64,000 nucleotides of DNA from Anthoceros angustus (lineage: Eukaryota > Plantae > Anthocerotophyta), in assembly GCA_010909165.1 (NCBI GenBank), contig MU008165.1, positions 62,001 through 126,000 on the forward strand, in the 5' to 3' direction. Below, piece by piece: positions 24,481-34,446 of the stretch (position 1 is its first letter; every line of letters begins with the position of its first letter). The translations under genes were made by a program, and so were the position numbers. Under the pieces are notes generated by a model that was not told the origin of the DNA, did not search any database, and saw nothing but the letters and a program-made list of their open reading frames with translations.

Positions 24481-24999
24481 AAGACCGAATTCCCATCCAG
24501 ACTCCATTTCTGCAATTGATCCTAGGGATCCATGACATGTGGTACCACTTTGGGCCACCTCCCATGGAGTGCGAGCTTTTCGGCTCGTCGAGGGAAACGT
24601 CAATGATCAACCCACTTTCCATGGCTATTAGGGCTGCGTTATATCATTTCAGGCTTGTTCACTTGCAACGTGTCGGTTATGACAGCGATTGACCGGAAGA
24701 GTGACGGTCTCGGAGCGAGGAGCTAGCCGGGTTGCAGCTATGTTGGGCATCATGCATATGTGGCTCCTACAAAACCAACACTTCATTGGGTTCACCAGTT
24801 TAGAAACAACCTCGCCTCTCCAGGCTCAAAATTCGTCCATGGAACATGGAAAGTGGCCCTTACACTTTCTTTTTCTTATCCTGCAGGATTCGGATGAAAC
24901 AACGTGTTTGCGCTGTCTGCACAAGCACACCAGGGTTGTTTGCCGGTCCTCAGTACACAGCAGAAATAGAAGGCACGAGAACCAACGGCAGAGCAACGG

Positions 25000-25265
25000 T
25001 TAATCCCGGCTCCATGTGGTGATTGTGTATAAATGGGCGGCCATGAACATCGCCACGATCAGAAGCACCCACATAATGCATCGGCTTGCAAGTGCCGCCA
25101 CATTGATGGGATGATTGCCTTTGTCAGAACAGACATTTAATGGAGATCCAAGGTCCAAGCGCATACGACGCATGACGCATGTTAGACCACTTCCCCGAAT
25201 AGCTTTCTGGAGCAAGGATATAGCATCCTCTGGCCCAGCTTTTTTGTACATGGAAAACCACCATC
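25000..25265 (-). pseudogene. Possible degenerate ankyrin-repeat fragment
   Basis: LDLGSPLNVCSDKGNHPINVAALASRCIMWVLLI resembles the ankyrin consensus LLxxGAxVNxxDxxGxTPLHxAAxxGxxxMVxLLL. Confidence 0.3.
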
Positions 25266-25687
25266 CAGTTGTTGCGGCTGCTCACGATATCTAATCATGT
25301 GCTCTCACCTGTATCACCTGATTCGCTCCTGCTCGCAGGAAACAGCTTTCTGCACATTCACTTGCCAAATCTGTCGTGGACACCTATGGCAGAATGGAGC
25401 CTCGACTTTCTTGATGAAGTCATGTGTGCACGGTTAGAGAGTCATGTGTATCTCGAAGTGCACGGTTTTTTCTAAGGCAAATAGGTACGACTTTATTACA
25501 AATATATTGCGCAAAAAATTACTGACTCCCGCCAATTTCTCGTTACAGGTTCCCTGGTCAAGTGCAAAACGCATCAAGCACTCACTTTACTTGAAAGTGG
25601 GGACTGGAAGCAGGAAAGAACGGGCCCTGAAAAGGCCGATGTTCTGGAACCGCCTACTCCGAAAAGGGAAAATTCGCTACTCTGGAC

Positions 25688-27128
25688 TCAGTTGTTTGTC
25701 AACCTGAGGTACACCCCAGCGTTCTTCATGTTGTCCTGGTCGCTAGGGACTGCCTGATGCCGGTGCCTCGTACTGCTGTAGAGTGCAGCCAATACGTCTG
25801 CACTGTCACCGTCCAATTCAATCAAGATAAGGGAACAATTCGCTCAGATTCAACAAGTCGCTTCCTACATGGCTCAGAGCAACAGACATGTCGAGCAATC
25901 GAGGCTGCGGGGACGAACGAGGGGAGAAGACCTCACCTTGAATCGGGATAGGGGGCGCTGAGGATAGCAGGCCTTGATTCAATATAAGGATCGTTCATCG
26001 GTCGGGTGTCTATGAAGTTGTCAGCAAAGGAGGTGACAGAGGCGTCAGGCCTGGCGTCCGGCATGAAGGTGGATATGGAGCTCATCTGCTGGCTCTCCTC
26101 GTGCCCGTGCCCGTGCCCGTGCCCGTGCCCCATGCCCCGATCTTGATGCCGCAAAAAAGGAGCGGCGCCGACGGGGCCAGCGTACTGCGGCCAGCCAGGG
26201 TTGCAGGGATTCGTCATTCCAATACCAGTGCGCTGCGCAGGGTAGGCCAGCATCGGCCCCGACGTCCCGCTCATAACTAGCCCCGGATGAACCCCTGGCT
26301 GCACTCCTTGGCCTGCCAATTTCAGCTCCTCATCAACCGGATGCATGTAGCGTGCACGAGGAAAAATAACAGCCTTGCAACCAGGCCTGCTACCAGCTAC
26401 TCTCACACACACCTGCTGCCGCCGCCGCAAAGGCAGCCTGCTGCTGTGCGAGCAAAAAAGCCGACTGCTGCTGCTGCTGCTGCTGCTGCAGCTCCAACAT
26501 GTACAACTGATCCCTAGCCCGTGCCAGCTCCTGCTTGAGCGTCCCCATCTGCAAACCCCCCCCGTGCCGGACATCAATCCCCAGGTTCAGAAAACCTAAT
26601 GTTTCCCTAGGTCTGCTTTCATAGATATCTTCATCGCGAGGAGCCTCAGTGACGGCCAAAAAAAACCTCAGTCCCTCCTGCAGGCTGGAGGCACAAGCCT
26701 GCAGGAGAAGGCACAGAGCCTGGCGGCACACCCCGGCCGTGATTAGAAGCCTTCCACGCCTTACCAAGGAAGGCAGGTCAGGCATAAAAGCACAAAATTC
26801 AACAGAAGAGAACTCCCACGGTACGGATCAATCTCCCTTCGGAGCACACCACCTGAGCCTGGAGCAGTTCGACGACACCGAGGCAACCGCGGACAGGATC
26901 CCGCTCCCGCTGGTCGGCCTCGTACACTATGGACTTGATGGCGTCCTCGCGCTTTGCCGGCTCTACGAGCTTCAGGATCCGCAGCACGTTGCTCACGCCG
27001 AAGAGCTTATGCACGTTCAGGAAGCGCTTTGGCTGATCCGGGGGGAAGTAGGGGGCCAGGGGACAGTCGGGCGCGCACTTGCGACGCTGGTACTTGCACG
27101 CCGCGCAAGCCTGGTTAGTGCTCGCCAT
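25688..27128 (-). CDS. LBD: LOB-domain (LBD/ASL) transcription factor, CAACKYQRRKC type (LBD22/27-like); 4 exons
   Basis: C-block CAACKYQRRKC, GAS-like block and leucine zipper. Exons 27128-26853, 26548-26413, 26312-25937 and 25775-25688 all have GT-AG boundaries and consistent phases. The protein has polyQ/polyA and GH repeats and ends DQDNMKNAGVYLRLTNN*. Confidence 0.9.
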
Positions 27129-27772
27129 GCAGCGGCCGCGGCTGCGGCGGCCCGGCCTGGTGTCTACAGCGGCGCCATCGCCAGCGCCATCGCCGCAGCT
27201 CTGCGAGCTTGTGTGATGCAGATTGCCGCTGCTGCTGCTGCTGCTGCTGCTGCTGCGGCAGGGAGTCCTGGGAGTGGAGCGAGACGATCATCACAGACAT
27301 CGGGCGAGCTAGCGGACGCAGGAGATGTGCGCGCCGGAGGCCACCCAAGTGAAGCCGTCTTCTAGATGGAAATAGCCCATGCCAAATTTGGACTACCCCT
27401 CTTTCACGCAGTTATGTATAGCGCGAAGCCAAATGCTGCGTAGAATGTTTGCGCGGATTTCGCCGCGGTGATTGCAGGTGCTCATCAAAACACCTTCCTT
27501 CGCTGCTGCTCATCAAAACACCGAACAAGGTCAGGCGCACGCCCACACCCACCGGACCGGCCCCACTCCACTCATCAGAAAGGCTCTTCATGACACACAG
27601 GGAGGTGTTGATAACTTCTCGGGGTCGAGGCTGCCACCCGCTACAGTAATGTTTGAAAACATACCAGATATCTTATTTTGAATATTATTGATTGATTTTA
27701 TTTTTTAAATCAAAACTTTTAAAAATAAAGAGTTACATGTGACAGTTGTTCTATTAACTTCAGAACCCCAAT

Positions 27773-28776
27773 TATGGAATACCGATCTGGTCAGGAAGCC
27801 CTTTAGGGTTTTTTTCGATGGTAATAAAAGAAGTTTTCCCACCGCATACGGCGGGAAAACTTCCGGTGTCACACACTTGATGATATCGGCCGTTGGCGCC
27901 TGCCCCTCGTGTCCCGATCTCGTCACCTAAGCCTGTGGTGTCTGTGGGAAGAATCTTTTGTGGTTGTGACACACAATGTTTTCTTTTTTATGGTTGTCAG
28001 AGCATGGGCCATCGCACATCCATTCGCATGACCCATCTGCCCGGCAGTTTGTCATAAGGAAACCGTCAGCAGGCCTTTATGGGAGATAGCGTGGAGGAGC
28101 CTTTATGGGAGATAGCGTGGAGGAGCCATCCGCGCGGAGCGCCACTGCCTTTCGCAAGCATACAGGCCCTTGTGGCTGATAGCCTGGAGGCGCCATGTAC
28201 GCCTCGCGCCAGGTTTTCGCAGCCATCCAGGCGTCGTGCGATTGCGCCATACAGGCCTCGTGCAATAGCGCATAACATCTTCACACAAGCAGCCTTTACA
28301 TTCAACCACAAGAAAGCAACCACTGGGCTCACGTCTCAAAAGGACAGAACAAAGAAATCCACACTGTCAGCGCTCCCAGGTCATGGTGGGAGCGCACAAA
28401 ATACTGCACAGCCACACCCGGCTCACTTGGGAAGGGCCTCCGTCGGGCCACAAGCCCCTCACGCTTGGTGCACCACAGCCCGCAGCAGGGTGCTCGCCGT
28501 CCACGCCCACGGGGTGGCTTCAGCCTCCGTCCACCGGTGGAGGTATTCGTGAGTATGTGTGTTTGACATAAACCCTAAATGGCGAAAGAAAAGTGGATGA
28601 CGAGATCGAACACGAGGGGCAAGTTGAGACAAAAACTTTGTGGCGTCTGACGGTCACCGATGTGGCGCGTATGTGATGAAGGAATCTTGAAGATGCGCAG
28701 GCATCTTCATGTAGAATACCGGAAGAAAAAAACTTGTCACACACACCCGGCTTAGTGACGAGATCGGTATTCCATA
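27773..28776. mobile_element. Non-autonomous TIR element (MITE-like), 1,004 bp, 21-bp TIRs, 6-bp TSD
   Basis: Left end TATGGAATACCGATCTGGTCA; right end is the reverse complement of TATGGAATACCGATCTCGTCA. CCCAAT flanks both sides (27767-27772, 28777-28782). Internal repeats lie at 28074-28125; no transposase. Confidence 0.85.
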
Positions 28777-28977
28777 CCCAATCCACTCGAATCGAGTTTT
28801 TATCATGATGTTCCACAGTATTTTATATAAAAATCATGAGATAGTGAACTGAACAAACAACTAAGAAACAACCAAAAAAACCAACAACAGAAAGTGAATA
28901 TGAAGTGACGGAAAGGGACTCAACAACATTAGAAAGTAATGCAAAAGCCGTAGAGACATTCTAAAGTGGCAGAAACT

Positions 28978-30080
28978 CTTTCTGAAGCGGCAAACAGTGA
29001 TTCCGAAGCATCGAAAAATTGATTGTAAAGCAATGAAAACCCAGTTGTTAATAGCAATAGAAAGGGATTACGACATGATAATGAGAAAAGTGGATCAGGA
29101 AATGAACTTTCTCCTCATGTACAAGAGGAGTAAATTTTCTGAAGTGGCAAACATTGATTCCGAAGCATCGAAAAATTGATTGTAAGGCAATGAAAACCCA
29201 TTTGTTAATAGCAATAGAAATGGATTACGATGTGATAACGGGAAAAGTGGATCAGGAAATGAACTTCCTCCTCATGTAGAAGAGGAGTATATTTTCTGAA
29301 GTGGCAAACATTGATTCCGAAGCATCGAAAAATTGATTGTAAAGCAATGAAAACCCATTTGTTAATAGCAATAGAAAGGGATTACGACGTGATAACGGGA
29401 AAAGTGGATCAGGAAATGAACTTTCTCCTCATGTACAAGAGGAGTAGATTTTCTGAAATGGCAAACATTGATACCGAAGCATCGAAAAATTGATTGTAAA
29501 GCAATGAAAACCCATTTGTTAGTAGCAATAGAAAGGGATTACGACGTGATAACGGGAAAAGTGGATCAGGAAATGAACTTCCTCCTCATGTAGAAGAGGA
29601 GTAGATTTTCTGAAGTGGCAAACATTGATTCCGAAGCATCGAAAAATTGATTGTAAGGCAATGAAAACCCATTTGTTAATAGCAATAGAAATGGATTACG
29701 ATGTGATAACGGGAAAAGTGGATCAGGAAATGAACTTCCTCCTCATGTAGAAGAGGAGTAGTTTTCCTGAAGCAGCAAACAGTGATTCCGAAGCATCGAA
29801 AAATTGATTGTAAAGCAATGAAAACCCATTTGTTAATAGCAATAGAAAGGGATTACGACGTGATAACGGGAAAAGTGGATCAGGAAATGAACTTCCTCCT
29901 CATGTAGAAGAAGAGTAGATTTTCTGAAGTGGCAAAAAATGATTCCGAAGCATCGAAAAATTGATTGTAAAGCAATGAAAACCCATTTGTTAATAGCATT
30001 AGAAAGGGATTACGACGTGATAACGGGAAAAGTGGATTAAGAAATGAGCTTCCTCCTCATGTAGAAGAGGAGTAGATTTT
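28978..30080. repeat. Tandem array of 7 x 157-bp units
   Basis: The ga(t/ta)ccgaagcatcg anchor starts at 28999, 29156, 29313, 29470, 29627, 29784 and 29941, an exact 157-bp period. Confidence 0.97.
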
Positions 30081-30304
30081 AGCGATAGATGAAGACCTTA
30101 ACGAGTTTCTAAAGAAACAAAACCAAGAAAATATCAGCGCTCAGAAGCTAAGAAAGAGCTGACAAGAAAAATATTGAAGAAAATTTATTAAAAAGCCATA
30201 GGGATGGCCATAACTGTGGAACATCCTCTCGCCAGATTGTTTGAAAATACTTTATATCAATTGATAAAATAATTTAAAGTAATCACTAAAGAAAAGAACG
30301 TGAT

Positions 30305-31771
30305 TCAATCATTAATTACTTCTTCATAATCCGAAATCATTTGGATCAAATCTTGCATATCCTTAATGACTTGGGCACTTAGTGTCTCTAGGTTCTTTTT
30401 CAAGTTGGAGGCTTTTGAAAGCTTTTCCCGTTTCACCTTCATAATCTTCCACTTTTTGATTTCTTCCTTCTTTCGTTTCTTCTTTGGGGGCTCATCAAGG
30501 TCTTTGTCTTTCATTAGAACCTGCTCTTCGGGCACCTGAGGAAAGAATTTAGTTTCCTCATCCATTTTTGAATCATGTATTTCCGTTACCATGTCGGAAT
30601 CATGTATTTTCGTTACCATATTGGAATCATGTAATTCCGTTACCATATTGGAATCATTTATTTCCGTTACCATGTTGGAATCATGTATTCCCGTTATCAT
30701 GTTGGAATCATGTATTTCCGTTACCATGTTAGAATCATGTATTTCCGTTACCATGTTGGAATCATGTATTTTTGTTACCAAGTTGAAATCATGTATTTCT
30801 GTTACCATATTGGAATCCATTTCTATTGCTATAGGATCAATTTTAATTGGTTCAAGATCAGTTTTTGATACTTGAGAATCACTTTTTGCCACTTGAAAAT
30901 CATTTTTCACCACTTGAAAATCATTTTTCACTGCTTCAAAATCTTTTCCTGTTTTCACTGCTTCAAAATCGTTTTCCACTCCTTCAAATTTGTTTTCCAC
31001 CACTTTAGTATCGTTTTTCATTGTTGTTTCTTTGTCGTTTCTTTGCCGCTTCTGTCGCTTTTCTTTACTCATTGATAGGTGCCGCAAAGCATTATTTTCC
31101 TCTTCCTGTGTCAACACTCCATGAGCTTTGTACAAGTGAATCAACAATGGCGTTATCAAAGAAGGTGCATTTCTTTCGTGTAAAGATTTTATCCTCTCTT
31201 CTGCTAGCTCATAGAAACTTGCGCCCCAATCAATTGGTTTGCCATTGAAAACTTGCTGGATGAACCAAGCTTGGGAATTAGTCAAGTACGGCCTCCCGGG
31301 TTGACCAAGGATCTTATGAAGGATCTTTGCAAATATTCTATGTTCCAATGCTAAAAGATTGTTCACTATCCATCCGTTGCCTCGACGATAGCTATCTTTC
31401 TTGAACCAACCATCCTCTTCCACCATAACATTTTTAGTTTTAAGTTTTGTAAACATAGCCCCGCCTTCCTCTGTTGGATTTCGAGCGAAAGCTTTCCTAA
31501 AATGTGCTTCTGTCCAACAAGATGGATCCTTACGCACACACCCACTCCCATCACCATGTTTGAGGTTAGTGTACAATTCTTCAACTAACTCTATGCTTTC
31601 ATATCTCCATTCCCATGTTAAAAAAGGGAGATCCATCATATTAGTTTGCTCTTCAAACATTTTTACATCAGTCTTCATGAGTTTGTATCTATACAATGCT
31701 CTGAATGTACACCTTGCACACTTGAGTACGTTCGAGTGATGTATCTTGAGCTCTTGAGCTTCGTTTATCAC
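30305..31771 (-). CDS. Intact orphan ORF (~460-490 aa): TE-associated N-terminal domain, heptad and 9-aa repeats, basic NLS-like motif
   Basis: Stop-free frame 30305-31813 (track start is GTG; first ATG at 31678; possible splice acceptor at 31814). Motifs IELVEELYTNL, VRKDPSCWTEAHF, GKPIDWG, PLLIHLYKAHGVL; 9 x DSNMVTEIH; PPKKKRKK. Confidence 0.65.
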   Translation of the reverse strand: MINEAQELKIHHSNVLKCARCTFRALYRYKLMKTDVKMFEEQTNMMDLPFLTWEWRYESIELVEELYTNLKHGDGSGCVRKDPSCWTEAHFRKAFARNPTEEGGAMFTKLKTKNVMVEEDGWFKKDSYRRGNGWIVNNLLALEHRIFAKILHKILGQPGRPYLTNSQAWFIQQVFNGKPIDWGASFYELAEERIKSLHERNAPSLITPLLIHLYKAHGVLTQEEENNALRHLSMSKEKRQKRQRNDKETTMKNDTKVVENKFEGVENDFEAVKTGKDFEAVKNDFQVVKNDFQVAKSDSQVSKTDLEPIKIDPIAIEMDSNMVTEIHDFNLVTKIHDSNMVTEIHDSNMVTEIHDSNMITGIHDSNMVTEINDSNMVTELHDSNMVTKIHDSDMVTEIHDSKMDEETKFFPQVPEEQVLMKDKDLDEPPKKKRKKEEIKKWKIMKVKREKLSKASNLKKNLETLSAQVIKDMQDLIQMISDYEEVIND

Positions 31772-32346
31772 CTCTGTTGCAAATACCTCTTGTAAATAAG
31801 TCTCGTCACAATACTAAAGAATAAATATAAAAGAGCCTCCAAACTTGTTTATATACTTAAAGGGGCTTCCTAACTAGGAAGCTATTCCTTCTACAACTGC
31901 TCCTCGAATTAGTACCATCACCTCTAACTTACTTCTATAATGTATAATATTCATCCCTTCTACATTAAGAATATTTCCCTAAGATTTCTAATTCTCAATT
32001 CTATCTACTCAATCATACTAACTACCTAGTTCTCAATTACATAAACTTTTAAACTAAATTAGAATAAATTTATGAACATAAAAAATAAACTTTCTAATCA
32101 AATATGCTAATTCTACCAAACATGTCCCAATTACAATATATGCTCATATGTATAATGTTAAACGTGCATCCCAACTACAATATATGCTCATATGCATAAT
32201 GTTAAACGTGAACCTATCAATCCATTATGGGCTTTAGTAAATTGATAGACCTATATTCTTAATATCACTTTCTGAACAAAGTTGGACATCATACATATAT
32301 TTGCTAGTTAACACTCTGTGACCAGGTAGGCTTGTTCACCAATTGA

Positions 32347-34362
32347 AGCAACAGGTAGGCTTGTACATTCGTGAACAAGCTTGTTGGAAACCATCTCCTG
32401 CAGGTAAAGCTTGAGCTTCCCAAACCTCGTACGTACTATGTACTATGTAGCGTGAGAGATCAACACTCACACGGACAAGGCCTTCTGGAGCCTCCAGAGG
32501 AGGCGGATCGACGAATAGAGAACCAAACGAAGCATTAGCATTTCAAATAATGCCAGCAGCCATTTTAGCAGCCTGAGGGCTCTTGTCAAAGAGCAAGAGT
32601 GCGCGCAACATGGTTTCAACCGGTGCTCGACACTTGAAAAAAAGCATAGCAACCTGGCCAATACCCGCCGTAACAGGAGACGGAGACACAAAAAACAGAG
32701 ACCACGGAAGGCAAGTCTACATGTACTACGAGTGCGAGGCCGGAAGTGAAAGCCACCCTAAACACGAAGACAGCGATGGATGGATTGACATCAGAGAGCG
32801 GCAGACAGACAGAAGTGCAGAGTGGAAGCTTGCAGGCAGAGAGCTAAGGGCCTGGCTTCGGGTGACATGTATGGGCACGAGGCGGTTTAGGGTCAGGATG
32901 CGGGTCAGGACGCTCGAAGGCATAGTCCATGGTGAAGTACTCGAACAGGAACCTGGCGGCTGCCATGCCATCTCCGATCCTCACGCTCTCCTGCCAACCC
33001 ACCACGACAAAACCCACTTGGTTGAGAAATTGAGACCGCCCACAAAGCCCGATTGAGAGATTGAGACGGCCCACAATGCTTGATTCAGCCGACACACATT
33101 GTCGAGGCCAGATTGAGACACCGACATCGACAGGAGGGCCAGGTGATGACAATCAAGGCTGGTACCATCGAAAGCTTCGTCTCGCTCACCTTTGAGCTGA
33201 CATCGAGCATCCGAGACTTGAGGGAGTGGCGAGCTTGGGAGTCTGCAGGGCCAACATGGCAGTGTCAGTCAGGCAAGCGAGGTTCCGGTGTCGCCCATTT
33301 CGGGAAAGGAGGCCACGGCCTACCACGAAGAAGCCTGGCGGAAGCCGAGCTGCAGCAACAGGTAGGCTTGTACATTCGTGAACAAGCTTGTTGGAAACCA
33401 TCTCCTGCAGGTAAAGCTTGAGCTTCCCAAACCTCGTACGTACTATGTAGCGTGAGAGATCAACACTCACACGGACAAGGCCTTCTGGAGCCTCCAGAGG
33501 AGGCGGATCGACGAATAGAGAACCAAACGAAGCATTAGCATTTCAAATAATGCCAGCAGCCATTTTAGCAGCCTGAGGGCTCTTGTCAAAGAGCAAGAGT
33601 GCGCAACATGGTTTCAACCGGTGCTCGACACTTGAAAAAAGCATAGCAACCTGGCCAATACCCGCCGTAACAGGAGACGGAGACACAAAAAACAGAGACC
33701 ACGGAAGGCAAGTCTACATGTACTACGAGTGCGAGGCCGGAAGTGAAAGCCACCCTAAACACGAAGACAGCGATGGATGGATTGACATCAGAGAGCGGCA
33801 GACAGACAGAAGTGCAGAGTGGAAGCTTGCAGGCAGAGAGAGCTAAGGGCCTGGCTTCGGAGTGACATGTATGGGCACGAGAGGCGGTTTAGGGTCAGGA
33901 TGCGGGTCAGGACGCTCGAAGGCATAGTCCATGGTGAAGTACTCGAACAGGAACCTGGCGGCTGCCATGCCATCTCCGATCCTCACGCTCTCCTGCCAAC
34001 CCACCACGACAAAACCCACTTGGTTGAGAAATTGAGACCGCCCACAAAGCCCGATTGAGAGATTGAGACGGCCCACAATGCTTGATTCAGCCGACACACA
34101 TTGTCGAGGCCAGATTGAGACACCGACATCGACAGGAGGGCCAGGTGATGACAATCAAGGCTGGTACCATCGAAAGCTTCGTCTCGCTCACCTTTGAGCT
34201 GACATCGAGCATCCGAGACTTGAGGGAGTGGCGAGCTTGGGAGTCTGCAGGGCCAACATGGCAGTGTCAGTCAGGCAAGCGAGGTTCCGGTGTCGCCCCA
34301 TTTCGGGGAAAGGGAGGCCACGGCCTACCACGAAGAAGCCTGGCGGAAGCCGAGCTGCAGCA
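32347..34362. repeat. Tandem duplication of ~1,005-bp units covering most of the peptide-precursor gene
   Basis: caggtaggcttgtacattcgtgaacaagc... at 32352 and 33359. AGCA is shared at the left end, junction and right end; copies differ mostly by small indels. Confidence 0.95.
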
Positions 34363-34446
34363 GCAGGCTAGCAGGAGGCAGAAGAGAGTGACCAAGAGCA
34401 TGCTCCGCCGCCTTCGATGGCACCGCCATCTCCCAAACCCGGCCAT
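33843..34446 (-). CDS. Small secreted peptide precursor, PSY-like (Tyr-sulfated DY motif); 3 exons, 91-106 aa
   Basis: TATAAA ~45 bp upstream; ATGs at 34446 and 34401. Exon 1 runs to 34329 (MLLVTLFCLLLACCCSSASARLLR), then an 84-bp GT-AG intron, exon 2 34244-34192, a 199-bp intron and exon 3 33992-33843 (...FEYFTMDYAFERPDPHPDPKPPLVPIHVTPKPGP*). All phases are consistent. Confidence 0.72.

Noticed and set aside
28978-30080. CRISPR-like array, or tandem 60-aa genes (28997, 29311)
   Set aside because: Units are near-identical over their whole length with no unique spacers, there are no cas genes, and the context is eukaryotic. The 157-bp period is not a multiple of 3, so the short ORFs are by-products.
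34258-34446. Unspliced 59-aa secreted peptide ending PEPRLPD, or readthrough of its TGA
   Set aside because: A canonical 84-bp intron removes the stop and restores the frame into the DY-motif exon, which is the more parsimonious model.
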